Assembly: GCA_965240325.2 (NCBI GenBank)
Contig: OZ251226.1
Coordinates: 2,976,001 to 3,040,000, forward strand
From: Rebecca billardiae RCC1528
Lineage: Eukaryota > Protista > Haptophyta
Length of the DNA stretch: 64,000 nucleotides
Direction: 5' to 3'
The notes below the pieces were generated by a model. The model was given only the letters and a program-made list of their open reading frames with translations, made no database searches and had not been told where the DNA came from. Below, piece after piece: positions 42,647 to 55,700 of the stretch. The position numbers and the translations under genes were made by a program. Position 1 is the first letter of the stretch. Every line of letters begins with the position of its first letter.

Positions 42647-43582
42647 TCAAGTCATGCGCTGAAAGTGGGCTGACTTGACATGCTCTTCGCCGTAGAGGGA
42701 GCGCGTGACGTACAGGCCGAAGAGGCCGAGCAGCACCATCACCGCCTTGACGATCGCGCACTGCCACTGCACAGGCGCCGCGCACACCTTGAAGACTGTT
42801 GTGATCACATGGTAGTCGAGCAGGTCCCACATGCCGATCCACAGCGTCAGCCCCGAGATCAGCGCAAAGGAGGCACGCGCGAAGCGCTTGGCCGAGAATG
42901 GCGGCGCGTCAAAGTACAGGCGACGCATGCTCCCGGCCGGGCCCATCCCGGCGAGGCCGAGGGTGGCAGGGAAGCCGCGCAAGCTGAGGAGGAGCTCGTC
43001 TCGGCCGGCGGCGGCGGCGGAGGAGGCGGAGCCGTTCGGCGCTCCTGCGGATGCGGCGCTCTCGCTGCGCTCCACTGGAGGGTCGCCGGTGCCGTTCGCT
43101 CCCGCGGGCACTCGGCCAGCACCAGTCGCGCCGTGCGCGCTGCTGCCGGCTGACGGCCTGCCACCTTTGCGCCGCTCGCGCTCCTCGGCTCGCTTTCGCA
43201 GGAGCTCCTTGTCGTAGAGCGTTCGATTCGCGTACACCGCCACCAGGCTGACGAGCACCACGGTCAGCTTGGCCGGGCCCGTGTCGGGCATGATGTGCAC
43301 GTCGATCAGGTCCCAGAGGCCCATCCACACGACAATGCCCGACGTGATCGCCACGAGCGACTCGACGATGGCGAGTGGGTCGAAGTAGAGCAGGTTGCCT
43401 CGCGCGCAGCGGCGCAGCTTGGCGCACGCACGCTGGCTCACCGAACGGCGCAGCGGTGGGCGCAGGTCGGTGTAGATGGCGGAAGCATCCGCCGCAGGGT
43501 GCAAGTCGCCCGGTGCCCCCGATACCTCCACCTCGATGTCGAGCGGGGCCACACCGGGGGCCGCGGACGCCGGTACAGCCAT
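42647..43582 (-). CDS. Membrane protein with an internally duplicated helix pair (Fuseless-like motif)
   Basis: Two copies: SGIVVWMGLWDLID...LVAVYANRTLY and SGLTLWIGMWDLLD...LFGLYVTRSLY. Confidence 0.65.
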   Translation of the reverse strand: MAVPASAAPGVAPLDIEVEVSGAPGDLHPAADASAIYTDLRPPLRRSVSQRACAKLRRCARGNLLYFDPLAIVESLVAITSGIVVWMGLWDLIDVHIMPDTGPAKLTVVLVSLVAVYANRTLYDKELLRKRAEERERRKGGRPSAGSSAHGATGAGRVPAGANGTGDPPVERSESAASAGAPNGSASSAAAAGRDELLLSLRGFPATLGLAGMGPAGSMRRLYFDAPPFSAKRFARASFALISGLTLWIGMWDLLDYHVITTVFKVCAAPVQWQCAIVKAVMVLLGLFGLYVTRSLYGEEHVKSAHFQRMT

Positions 43583-43772
43583 GCTGTGGAGGATGCGCTG
43601 GCCAGGGCCTGGGGCGTTGGAGCTCGTCCGGAGACCGAACTCCCGGACCTGCCACTGCTCCGCCGTTTCGCGGAGGCACTGCCATCGTGTTTTCTCAGCA
43701 GCATCACACAGCAGGCGGTGGAGCTTGCCTGCCTCACCGGCCGCGCGCGCTCAGGCGGCGCTCGCAGCCGCC

Positions 43773-46700
43773 ATGAGCCGCCGCGAGCGGAGCCTGGGGA
43801 TAGGGCAGCAGGGCAAGCCGCTCACGTACAGCGACGTGAGCGTCAAGCGCGAGCCTGAGGTGCGCGGCAGCGTCGTGCCACGCACCGCGCGTCGCGCGTG
43901 CTCCGCCGCGCTCGAGCCGAGCTCACCCGCGCCTTCGCCCGCGCTCGCTTCGCGGTTCAGACTACGTCCAACTGGGCGTACCGGCGATTCCTCGAGCATG
44001 ACAACTCCGCCCTCGAGGAGCTCAGCCTGCGCGAGCGCATGAAGAAGGACCCAGCCAGCGAGCTCAACCGCCCGATGGGCCGGTGCGCGCCGCGAGTGTG
44101 CGGACCGTGCGCGCCGCTGGCGCTGCGCGGTGCGCGCAGGCTGCGCCGAGGCCGCGCGCACGCGCTGACGCGGTGCTCGCCCCCACGTCCTGTCGCCCCC
44201 CCCCCGTCGCGCCACCGCCCTCCCGCCGCGCCCGGCCGCGCCGCGCAGCGCGGGCCGCACGCTCAACATGCCGCGCGTGGGCGAGTGGGCGATCGCCGAG
44301 GGCGGCGCGGGCGCGGGTGCGGGCGGCGCGGCGCGCCGGCGGGTGGAGCCCGTGCGCGCGTTCCCCTCGGCGGCACGGCGGGAGGGCTCGGCCGCGGCCA
44401 AGCCGAGCCGCGTCGCCAAGGCCACCGCCGCCACCGAGCAGCTCGCCGAGGCGTCGATGCTCTCGCTCGCGCGCTCGTCTGCCGTGAGCTCGGCGTCGCC
44501 CTCCAACGGCGGCGCGTCGCGCGGCGCGGAGGACCCGGCGCGCGCGGCGAGCGAGGCGGCGTCGGGCGCGGACCTGCTGAAGCAGCTGAGCTACACGGAG
44601 GAGGACATCGAGATCCTCCAGCCCTCGCACTTCTTCCGGCCCAAGGCGGTCGTCGACGTGCCGGGCGTGGGCGCGTCGCCGTCGGTGCCGCCCGAGCTGA
44701 GCATGACGCAGAGCGCGTCGCGCCTCGTCGAGGACGCCATGTCGCCGGGGGGCGCGGGGGCGCTGGGGCGGCAGAGCGCGCCGGGGAGCACGCTGTGCTC
44801 GAGCTCGGCCGTCGACGCGCCGATCACCATGCGCACCACCAACCTGCGCCACATCGTCGGCTCCAGCGCGCGCGTGCCCGCCGCGCGCATGACTCGCTCG
44901 ACGCGCGCCGCCGAGGCACTCACGCCGCAGGTGAGCGTGCTGAGCGCGCCGTCGGAGGGCGGCGGCGAGGCGGGCGCGGGCGCGGGCGCGGCGAGCGGCG
45001 CGCCAGCGCGTGGCGTCACCCTCTCCCAGGTCGACGCGACGCCGAGCGCGATCACGCGCGAGCGCGCGCTCGAGGCGAAGACGAAGGGCTCGGGGCAGCA
45101 GTCGATCCCGGTCGAGGCCTCGCTCGAGTACGCGCCGTCCTTCTTCCCGATGGCCAACTTCGACGACCTGTCGTTCGAGCGCGGCGCGATGGAGGCGTTC
45201 ATCGAGACGGGGAAGCCGGACCGCGGCCTCTCGCGCTACATGAACGCCGACGGCTCGTGGACGTGGGCCGCGTGCGAGGTCCTCTCGTACGACGGCGGCC
45301 TCTCGACGTTTGAAATCAAGTGGGCGTCGACCGGCAAGACCAAGCGCGTGTCGCGCCTCAACCTCTGCTTCGAGGGCGAGGACCACGCGCTGTTCCTGCG
45401 CCGCGTGGAGCAGGTGGAGGCGCACCGGCGCGACGCGGAGGCGGCGCTGCGCCACGCCAAGCGCGTCGAGGCCCTCGCCCGGCGCGAGCCCGACCCGATC
45501 GCGCCGGAGAAGGTGAACAAGATCCTCGGCCGGCTCGGGCGCGCCAAGGGCGCCTCGCTTGAGACCATCAACACTCTCGTCGAGGAGCTGCACACGTCCT
45601 ACTCGCACGCGTCGACGCGGATCGCGCTGGACGCGCAGCTGCCGTACACGACGGACGCGTCGGCGCTCGCGCTGCCGAGCACGCGCCACCCGCTCACGCA
45701 GGCCGCGCCCCCCGCGCCCGAGCTCGGCACGCTGCTGCCCACGCCCGAGCCTCGGCTCTCGGTGCGCGCGCGCGTCGACTCGCTCACGCGCACGCTGCCG
45801 CGCGCGCACGAGTCGACCAACAAGTGCCTCGTCTCGCTGCGGTACGAGGCGGACGCGATCCGCGCGCTGCCGCTGCTCTCGGACACGTCGGCCGAGCCGC
45901 TCACGCTCGAGGCCTTCCTCCTCACCCACCGCCACGTCCTCGAGTCCGCCATGTCGACGGTGCAGAAGACGCACATCGCGTCGATGGCCGACCAGATTGT
46001 GAACGCGTACATCTCGATCGACGACGTCAAGGAGCGCCGCCGGCAGATGGGCCGGTTCGAGCGGCTGGTCGCGATGGCGAACGTGATGCTGCGCGACGCG
46101 GTGCGCGACGCGATCTACGCCTCGCTCGACGGGCTCCTCGAGCGCTTCGCCGCCTTCGACCCCGAGGCAATGAGCGCCATCGACTTCAGCACGCAGCTGG
46201 TCGAGTCTGCGTGGTGGCGCGGCCACTCGCCCGTCTTCAACTCGCGCATCGTGCCCGACGAGGCGGAGGGGGTGGCGGTGTTCGAGCCGACGATCGACGA
46301 GTACGCGGCGGCGGTGTCGCAGCTCGCGCTCGAGGTGGCGGGCGCGACCAAGGAGCTCCAGCCCATCGACCCGCGCATCCTGCTCTCCGCCGCCGACCTG
46401 AGCCAGCTCGGGCCGGCGGTCGTGCCCGCGCTCATCACCTCCGAGGACGCGGGCGTGCTCGACGACGACGACGCGCCCGGCGGCGGCGGCGCGGGGGAGG
46501 AGGAGGGCGTGGACGAGTCGGCGCTGTCCGTGTCGCAGGCGTCGGTCGGCGGCGGCGTGACCGACGGCATGCGCACGCCCACCGGCCCGTCGGGCGTCGT
46601 CGTGCGCGAGGACGCGCTGCTGATCGACGGCGCCAAGGACGCGCGGATCCGCGCGGCCGCGGACGCGCTGCGCGACGCCGTGCGCGTGAGCACCGCGTGG

Positions 46701-49700
46701 CCGTCGCAGCTCGCCGAGGCGTACGCGGCGCACACGAAGCTGCTGCAGCTGGAGGACGACGAGTACTCCGCCTCGATGCACGAGTCCACCGCCGAGCTCT
46801 CGCTCCAGCGCTGGCTGCAGCGGTACACGGAGGAGCTCGCCTCGCTCGAGCGCGCCAAGGACGAGGTCGCGTACCGAATCTGCATGTACGAGCGCGTCAA
46901 CCTGGGCATGTTCTGCTGCGACGTGTCGGGGCTGAAGGCGAGCCTGGCGGAGAAGGCGACGGCGCTCGCGTCGCTGCTGTGCAACACCATCGCCGAGCAG
47001 TGCCGCGCGGAGAACGAGCGCATCTCCAAGCGCTTCGCCGAGGTGCTCGAGCGGATCGAGGACGAGTCGCAGGACGTCGAGGGGCTGAGCGAGAAGCGCG
47101 AGTACGTCAAGGGGCTGCGCGAGGAGATGGAGGCGCTGACCGACGACATCTCGACGGTGAAGGCGAAGCTGCGCGTGCTCGACGACGCGCAGTACGTGCT
47201 GCTCGACGAGGACTTCGCCCTCGCCTGCTCGACGCAGGCGTGGCCGGGCAAGATCGAGGGCGCGAAGGCGCGCAACGACGCGGTGATGGAGGACGCGCAG
47301 AAGCGCTTCATGACCGAGCTGCAGGAGACGCAGGAGCAGTTCGTGCGCGACCTGCGGCAGTACGCGAAGGAGGTGGAGGCGTTCAAGGCGATGGGCGACA
47401 TCTCCGACGTCGAGACCACGTACGAGCTCGTCAAGCAGCTGCAGCAGAAGCTCGCCGAGGCGAAGCAGCTCGGCGAGGTGATCAACTCGCGCGAGTCGCT
47501 CTTCGGCTGGCCCGTCACGCAGTACGAGCAGATCAAGAAGACGACCAAGGCGTTCGAGCCGTTCGCGACGCTGTGGAAGATCGGGTACGACTGGGCGACC
47601 ACGTACCCCGTGTGGATGGACGGCCCGCTCATCGAGGTGAACAAGGCGGAGGTCGAGGAGAACACGTCCGCGTGGCTGCTGTCGCTCAAGAAGCTCAACA
47701 TCCAGTTCAGCGAGAAGGAGCTCACCGAGCCGCAGCGCGCCGCCGAGGCGTTCCTGCACAAGGTGCAGAGCTTCCAGTCGCTCGTGCCGCTGATCGTGCA
47801 GCTGCGCAACCCCGGCCTCCGCCCGCGCCACTGGGAGGCCATCTCGGACAAGACGGGCCTCGCGCTCAAGCCCGACCTCACGTTCACGCTCGCGCGCGCG
47901 ATCGAGCTCAAGGTGACGGACCACTCGGAGGCGATCGAGGAGGTCTCGATCGTCGCGACGCAGGAGTACGCGCTCGAGACGGCGCTCGAGCGGATGAAGC
48001 GCGAGTGGGAGCCGCTCAAGCTCGACGTCGCGCCGTACAAGGAGACCGGCACCTTCGTGCTCCGCGCGATGGACGACATCCTGCAGCTGCTCGACGACCA
48101 GATTGTGAAGACGCAGGCGATGCGCGGCTCGCCCTTCATCGGCCCGTTCGAGCAGAAGTGCACCGACTGGGAGAAGAAGCTGATGAACCTGCAGGAGACG
48201 TTCGACGAGTGGATCTCGTGCCAGAAGGTCTGGCTCTACCTCGAGCCCATCTTCGGCTCGGAGGACATCATGCGCCAGATGCCGCAGGAGGGGCGGCGCT
48301 TTGCGGCGGTCGACTCGATGTGGCGCAAGGTGATGAAGGGCGCGCAGGCGCAGCCCGAGGTCCTCAAGGTCGCCGAGATGGAGAAGCTGCTCGAGAAGTT
48401 CCAGGAGGCGAACAAGTTCCTGGACAACATCCAGCGCGGGCTGAACGACTACCTCGAGACCAAGCGCCTCGCCTTCCCGCGCTTCTTCTTCCTCTCGAAC
48501 GACGAGCTGCTCGAGATCCTCTCGCAGACCAAGAACCCGCTCGCCGTGCAGCCGCACCTCGGCAAGTGCTTCGAGGGCATCGCGCGCCTCACGTTCAACG
48601 ACAACCAGGTGATCACCGAGATGATCTCGCCCGAGCAGGAGTCGGTGCCGCTGGCCGCGAAGATCGACCCGAACGAGGGCAACCGCAAGGGCAACGTCGA
48701 GGTCTGGCTCTCCGACGTCGAGGACGGGATGATCAAGACGCTGCGCTCCGTGTTTGCCGACGCGATCGCCGACTACGCCGCCGCGGAGCGCACGGCGTGG
48801 GTCGACCGCTGGCCGGGCATGACGGTGCTGAACGCGTCGCAGCGGTACTGGACGGCCGAGGTGGAGGAGGCGCTGCGCGACGAGGGCGCGCACGGCCTCA
48901 AGATGTACCAGGCGAAGCTGCAGTCGCAGCTCGAGGCCATCGTCGCCAAGGTGCGCGCGGGCAACCTCTCGTCCGCCATGCGCACGACCATCGGCGCGCT
49001 CGTCACGATCGACGTGCACCAGCGCGACGTGGTGGTCGAGATGATCGAGCAGGGCATCGCGACGACCGCCGCGTTCGAGTGGCTCTCGCAGCTGCGCTAC
49101 TACTGGGAGGACGCCGAGGTCGTGCCCGGCGGCGCGTTCGGCGCGGGCACCGAGACGATGGTTGTGCGGATGATGAACGCCACGCGCCCGTACGACTTTG
49201 AGTACCTGGGCAACTCGTTCCGGCTGGTGATCACGCCGCTCACCGACCGGTGCTACCGCACGCTGATCGGCGCGATCCACCTCAACCTCGGCGGCGCGCC
49301 CGAGGGTCCGGCGGGCACGGGCAAGACCGAGACGACCAAGGACCTCGCGAAGGCGCTCGCGAAGCAGTGCGTCGTGTTCAACTGCTCCGACCAGCTCGAC
49401 TACCTCGCGATGGCCAAGTTCTTCAAGGGGATCGCGTCGTCGGGCGCGTGGGCGTGCTTCGACGAGTTCAACCGGATCCAGCTCGAGGTGCTCTCGGTGG
49501 TGGCGCAGCAGGTGCTCTCGATCCAGCAGGCGCAGAACGAGGGCAAGAAGATGTTCATGTTCTCGGGCACCAACCTGCCGATCAAGCCCAACTGCGGCGT
49601 CTTCATCACGATGAACCCCGGGTACGCGGGGCGCGCCGAGCTGCCCGACAACCTCAAGGCGCTGTTCCGCTCGTGCGCGATGATGGTGCCGTCGTACGCG

Positions 49701-52700
49701 ATGATCGCCGAGATCTCGCTCTACTCGTACGGCTTCGAGGACCCGCGCACGTGCGCGCAGAAGCTGGTCGGCTGCCTGCGGCTCGCGTCGGAGCAGCTCT
49801 CGTCGCAGGACCACTACGACTACGGCATGCGCGCCGTCAAGTCGATCATCGTCGCGGCGGGCAACCTGAAGCGGAAGGAGCCGACGACGGAGGAGCTGCT
49901 GATCACGATGCGCGCGATCAAGGACGTGAACATGCCCAAGTTCACGACGGACGACATCCCGCTCTTCCTCGGCATCACGCAGGACCTCTTCCCCGGGCTC
50001 GAGCTGCCCGAGGCGGACTACGGCGCGCTCATGCACGCGCTGCAGGACGCGATCGCGGGGCAGGGGCTGCAGGAGGTGCCCGCGTTCGTGAGCAAGTGCA
50101 TCCAGCTGTGGGAGACGATCCTCGTGCGCCACGGGCTGATGCTCGTGGGCGAGACCTTCTCGGGCAAGACGTGCGTGCTCAACACGCTCCGGCTCGCGCT
50201 CAACGCGCTGCGCGACGACCCGTCCGGCCAGTACACGGGCGTGCACCTGCACACGCTCAACCCGAAGGCGGTCTCGATGGGCAAGCTGTACGGCCAGTTC
50301 GACGACGTGTCGCACGAGTGGTCCGACGGCGTGCTCGCCGTCACCTACCGCGCCGCCGCGCAGGCGCCGCCGCCCGAGCGCCAGTGGGTGATGTTTGACG
50401 GGCCGGTCGACGCGGTCTGGATCGAGAACATGAACACGGTGCTCGACGACAACAAGAAGCTCTGCCTGATGTCGGGCGAGATCATCAAGATGGGGCCGAC
50501 GCAGACGATGATGTTCGAGGTGGAGGACCTCTCGGTCGCCTCGCCCGCCACCGTCTCGCGCGTCGGCATCGTGTACATGCAGACCGTCGCGCTCGGCTGG
50601 GAGCCGGTCGTCGACTCGTGGGAGGCGAGGCTGCCCGAGCACCTGGTCGCGGCCGCGCCCTCCAAGCTGCTCAAGGCGGTGATCCCCGACTGCCTCGCGG
50701 CGGTGCGGAAGCACTGCCGCGAGATCGTGCCCACCTCGTTCATGATGCTCGTGAACAACGCGGTGCAGCTGCTCGACGGGCTGATGCGCGCCGCCGGCCT
50801 GCTGCTCGGCAGCGCGGAGGAGAACGACGAGGCGGCCAAGCTGGGCGCCGCCGAGATTGGCAAGAAGGTCGAGGGCCTCGCGATGCACGCGCTGATCTGG
50901 TCGGTCGCCGCGTCGACCGACGACACGACGCGGCCGAAGATCGAGGAGGCGCTGCGCGGCGCGATGCCCAAGGGGCTGATCAACCCGTACCCCGACGGCG
51001 AGTCCCTCTTCGACGTGATGTTCGACAGCGGCACGTGCAAGTGGATGCAGTGGATGCGCACCGTGCCCGAGTACGTGATCGCCAAGGACGCGGACCTGAG
51101 CTCGATCACCGTGCCGACGGTGGACTCGGTGCGCATCGCCTCGACGGTGAGCACGCTGCTGCAGTGCCGCCGCCCCGCCCTCGTCGTCGGGCCGACGGGC
51201 ACGGGCAAGTCGGTCACGGTCAAGTCGGAGCTGAACGCGCTGAACGCGGCCAAGTGGTCGACGCTCTTTGTGACCTTCTCCGCGCGCACGCAGGCGTCGC
51301 AGGTGCAGGACATCATCGAGGGGAAGCTGGACAAGCGGCGCAAGTTCGTGCTCGGCCCGCCGCACGGCATCCGCTGCGCCATCCTCATCGACGACCTCAA
51401 CATGCCCGCGAAGGAGACGTTCGGCGCGCAGCCGCCGATCGAGCTGCTGCGGCAGTGGATGGACCACGGCGGCTGGTACGACACCAAGGCGAACGCGTTC
51501 AAGCACCTGCAGGACATCCAGTTCGTCGCGGCGATGGGCCCGCCGGGCGGCGGGCGGAACCAGATCACGCCGCGCTTCGTGCGCCACTTCAACGTGCTCT
51601 CCGTCGTCCCCTTCGGCGACGAGTCGCTCACGCAGATCTTCTCCAAGATCATCAACTGGTTCCTCGACGCGTTTGACGCAAAGTTCAAGGCGCTCGGCGG
51701 CCCGATCGTCGCCGCGTCGATCGAGATGTACAAGACGGTGATGTCCGACCTGCTGCCCACGCCGACCAAGTCGCACTACGTGTTCAACCTGCGCGACCTC
51801 GTGCGCATCTTCCAGGGCATGCTGCGCACCAAGCCCGAGTACATGGCCGAGCCGATCGTGCTCGCGCGGCTGTGGGTGCACGAGTCGCAGCGCGTCTTCC
51901 AGGACCGGCTCGTCGCGAACGAGGACGAGGCGTGGCTGGGCGGCAAGCTGAAGGAGCTGGTCGAGACGCACTTCAAGGGCGTGAACGTGGCGGACGTCTT
52001 CCCCGCCGGCGAGCGCTCGCTCATGTTCGGCTCGTTCGTCAACTCGAACGAGGAGAAGCTCGTGTACGAGGAGTACGTCGACCCGGCGGCGGTGCGCGCC
52101 AACGTCGAGAAGCACCTCGACAACTACAACTCGATCTCGAAGAACCCGATGCCACTGGTGCTCTTCTCGAGCGCGGTGGAGCACGTCGCGCGGATCCACC
52201 GCATCGTCGGCATCCCCGGCGGCAACGCGCTCCTCGTCGGCGTCGGCGGCTCGGGCCGCACCTCGCTCGCCAAGCTGGCGGCCGCGATGCACGACTACCA
52301 CACGTACCAGGTGGAGATCACAAAGGCGTACGGCATGGAGGACTGGCGCGAGGACATCAAGAAGATGATGCTGCGCGCGGGGAAGACGGGCGACCCGGTC
52401 GCGTTCATCTTCTCCGACACGCAGATCAAGCTCGAGTCGATGCTCGAGGACGTGAACAACCTGCTCAACAACGGCGAGGTGCCCAACCTGTTTGCGCCCG
52501 ACGAGACGGAGGCGATCGTGGGCGAGCTGCGGCCGCAGTGCAAGGAGCTGGGCATCACGTCGACGACGGGCGTGTTCGGCTGGTTCGTCGAGCGCGTGAA
52601 GCTGGGCCTGCACATCTGCCTGTGCATGAGCCCGGTCGGCGAGGGCCTGCGCACGCGGCTGCGCCAGTTCCCCTCGCTGATCAACTGCTGCACGATCGAC

Positions 52701-55700
52701 TGGTTCCACGAGTGGCCGCCAGACGCGCTCGACGCGGTCGCCGGCCGCTTCCTCGGCCAGATCTCGCTGCCGGGGAACAACCCGGAGGAGCTGGTGACGA
52801 GCCTGACGAAGGTGTGCGTCGACATCCAGCAGTCCGTGATCGAGGCCACCGCGCAGTACAAGGCCGAGCTGCGCCGCGTGACGTACGTGACGCCGCCGCT
52901 CTACCTGCGGCTGCTCGGCACCTTCAAGTCGGTGATGGAGGTGAAGCGCACCGAGGTGAGCGCGGTCAAGAAGCGGTACGACGTGGGGCTGGAGAAGCTG
53001 CTCAACACGGCGGAGCAGGTGAGCACGATGCAGGTCGAGCTCGAGGCCCTCAAGCCGCAGCTCATCGTCAAGTCCGCCGAGGCCGACGAGATGATGGTCG
53101 TGATCCAGCGCGACCAGTCGGAGGCGGACAAGACGCGCGCCATCGTCGAGAAGGAGGAGGCCGAGTGCAAGGTGCAGGCGGACGAGGCGGGCGCGCTCAA
53201 GGCGGCGTGCGAGGCGGACCTGGCGGAGGCGATGCCCGCGCTGCAGGCCGCGATCAAGGCGCTCAAGGGCCTCTCGAAGAACGACATCATCGAGCTCAAG
53301 TCGATGAAGTCGCCGCCGTCGGGCGTGAAGCTCACGATGGAGACCGTCTGCATCCTCAAGATGATCAAGCCGTCCAAGGTGCCCGCCGAGAACGGCAAGG
53401 GGAAGGTGGACGACTACTGGGAGCCGTCGAAGAAGATGATGGGCGACGGCGGCTTCCTCAACTCGCTCTTCGACTACGACAAGGACAACATCGCGCCCGA
53501 GATCATCGAGAAGCTCGCGCCGTACATCTCGCTCGAGGAGTTCACCGCAGAGAAGGTGGGCAAGAGCTCGGTCGCCGCCAAGGGGCTGTGCTCGTGGGTG
53601 CACGCGATGTTCGTGTACAACCGCGTGGCGAAGGAGGTGGCGCCGAAGCGGCAGGCGCTCAAGGAGGCCGAGCAGTCGCTCCACGCCGCCGAGTCCAAGC
53701 TCGCCGAGAAGAAGGCGATGCTCGAGTCCGTGATGCGCAAGCTGCAGGAGCTGACCGACGCGTTCGACAAGACCACCAAGGAGAAGAACTCGCTCGAGGC
53801 GCAGGTGGACGACTGCGAGAAGAAGCTCGACCGCGCGCAGCGGCTGATCAACGGGCTGGGCGGCGAGAAGACGCGGTGGACGCAGCGCTCCGCCGACCTC
53901 GGCGAGGCGCTCGACAACCTGGTCGGCGACATCATCATGTCGGCGGGCGTGTGCACCTACCTCGGCCCGTTCACGGCCACGTACCGCGCCAACTGCCTGT
54001 CGCGCTGGGCGGACACGGTGCGCTCGCTCGGGATCAAGTGCTCGCAGAAGTTCCAGCTGCGCGCGACGCTGGGCAACGAGGTGACCATCCGGCAGTGGGG
54101 CGTCGCCGGCCTCCCCTCCGACTCCTTCTCGGTGGACAACGCGATCATCCTCACGACCGCCGAGCAGTGGCCGCTCATGATCGACCCGCAGGGGCAGGCG
54201 AACAAGTGGGTGCGCAACATGGAGACGGGCTCGAACCTGCGCGTGATCAAGCTGACGGAGGGCGACTTCATGCGCACGCTCGAGAACGCCGTCCAGTTCG
54301 GCACGCCCGTCCTCTGCGAGAACGTCGGCGAGGAGCTCGACCCCGCGCTCGAGCCGCTGCTGCTCAAGCAGGTGTACGAGTCGGGCGGCATCAAGTCGAT
54401 CCGGCTCGGCGACGCGGACGTGCAGTACTCGGACAAGTTCGCCTTCTACCTGACGACCAAGTACTCGAACCCGCACTACACGCCGGAGATCTCGACCAAG
54501 GTCGTGCTGCTCAACTTCACCATCACGCCAGAGGGCCTCGAGGAGCAGCTGCTCGGCATCGTCGTGCAGAAGGAGCGGCCCGAGCTCGAGGAGCAAAAGT
54601 CGACGCTGATTGTCGAGAACGCAAACAACGCGGCCGAGCTGCAGAAGCTCGAGGACAAGATCCTGATGCTGCTCTCGACGGCGACGGGGAACATCCTGGA
54701 CGACGAGGAGCCGATCAACACGCTGCAGGAGTCGAAGGTCAAGTCGACCGAGATCGAGGAGAAGGTGAAGATCGCCGAGAAGACGGAGGCGGAGATCGAC
54801 GCGACGCGCGCAAAGTACACGCCGTGCGCGTACCGCTCGTCGCTGCTCTTCTTCTGCGTGTCCGAGCTGGCGAACATCGACTCGATGTACCAGTGGTCGA
54901 TGCCGTGGTACACCACGCTCTTCGTCCGCGCGATCGGCGAGAACGCCCAGCGGCGCGACGCGCCCCCGCAGACGGACAAGATGGACGAGCGGCTGCGCGA
55001 GCTCAACTCTGGCTTCACGCTGCTGCTCTACCGGCAGATCTGCCGCTCGCTCTTCGAGAAGCACAAGCTGCTCTTCTCGACGCTGCTGTGCGTGCGCGTG
55101 ATGCAGGGCGACAACCTGCTCGACTCGGACGAGTGGCGCTTCCTGCTCACCGGCGCGGTCGTGCTGGGCGAGGGCGCGCCCAACCCGGCGGAGGAGTGGC
55201 TGCCGCGCCGCTGCTGGCTCGACCTCGAGGGGCTGAGCAAGCTGCCCGCGCTCGCGGGGATCACGGACTCGGTGCGGCGGAACGTGACGATGTGGCACCG
55301 GTACTACGACCTCGCCGAGCCGCAGGACGCGACGCTGCCCGACGGGTGGGAGGACCAGCTCACGCCGTTCCAGCGGCTGCTCGTGCTGCGCTGCCTGCGG
55401 CCGGACAAGTGCGTGCCCGGCATTCAGATCTTTGTCGCCGCGCAGATCGGGCAGGACTACCTCGAGCCGCCGCTCTTCGACCTGGAGGGCACGTTCGAGG
55501 AGTCGACGGCGGCGACGCCGCTCGTCTTCATCCTCTCGCCCGGCTCCGACCCCGTGCAGGCGCTGCTCAAGTTCGCCGAGGCGAGCGGCGAGCTGCGGCG
55601 GCTGCAGTCGATCTCGCTCGGCCAGGGCCAGGGGCCGCACGCTGAGAAGATGATTGACGACGCGGTCAACTCGGGCGGCTGGGTGGTGCTGCAGAACTGC

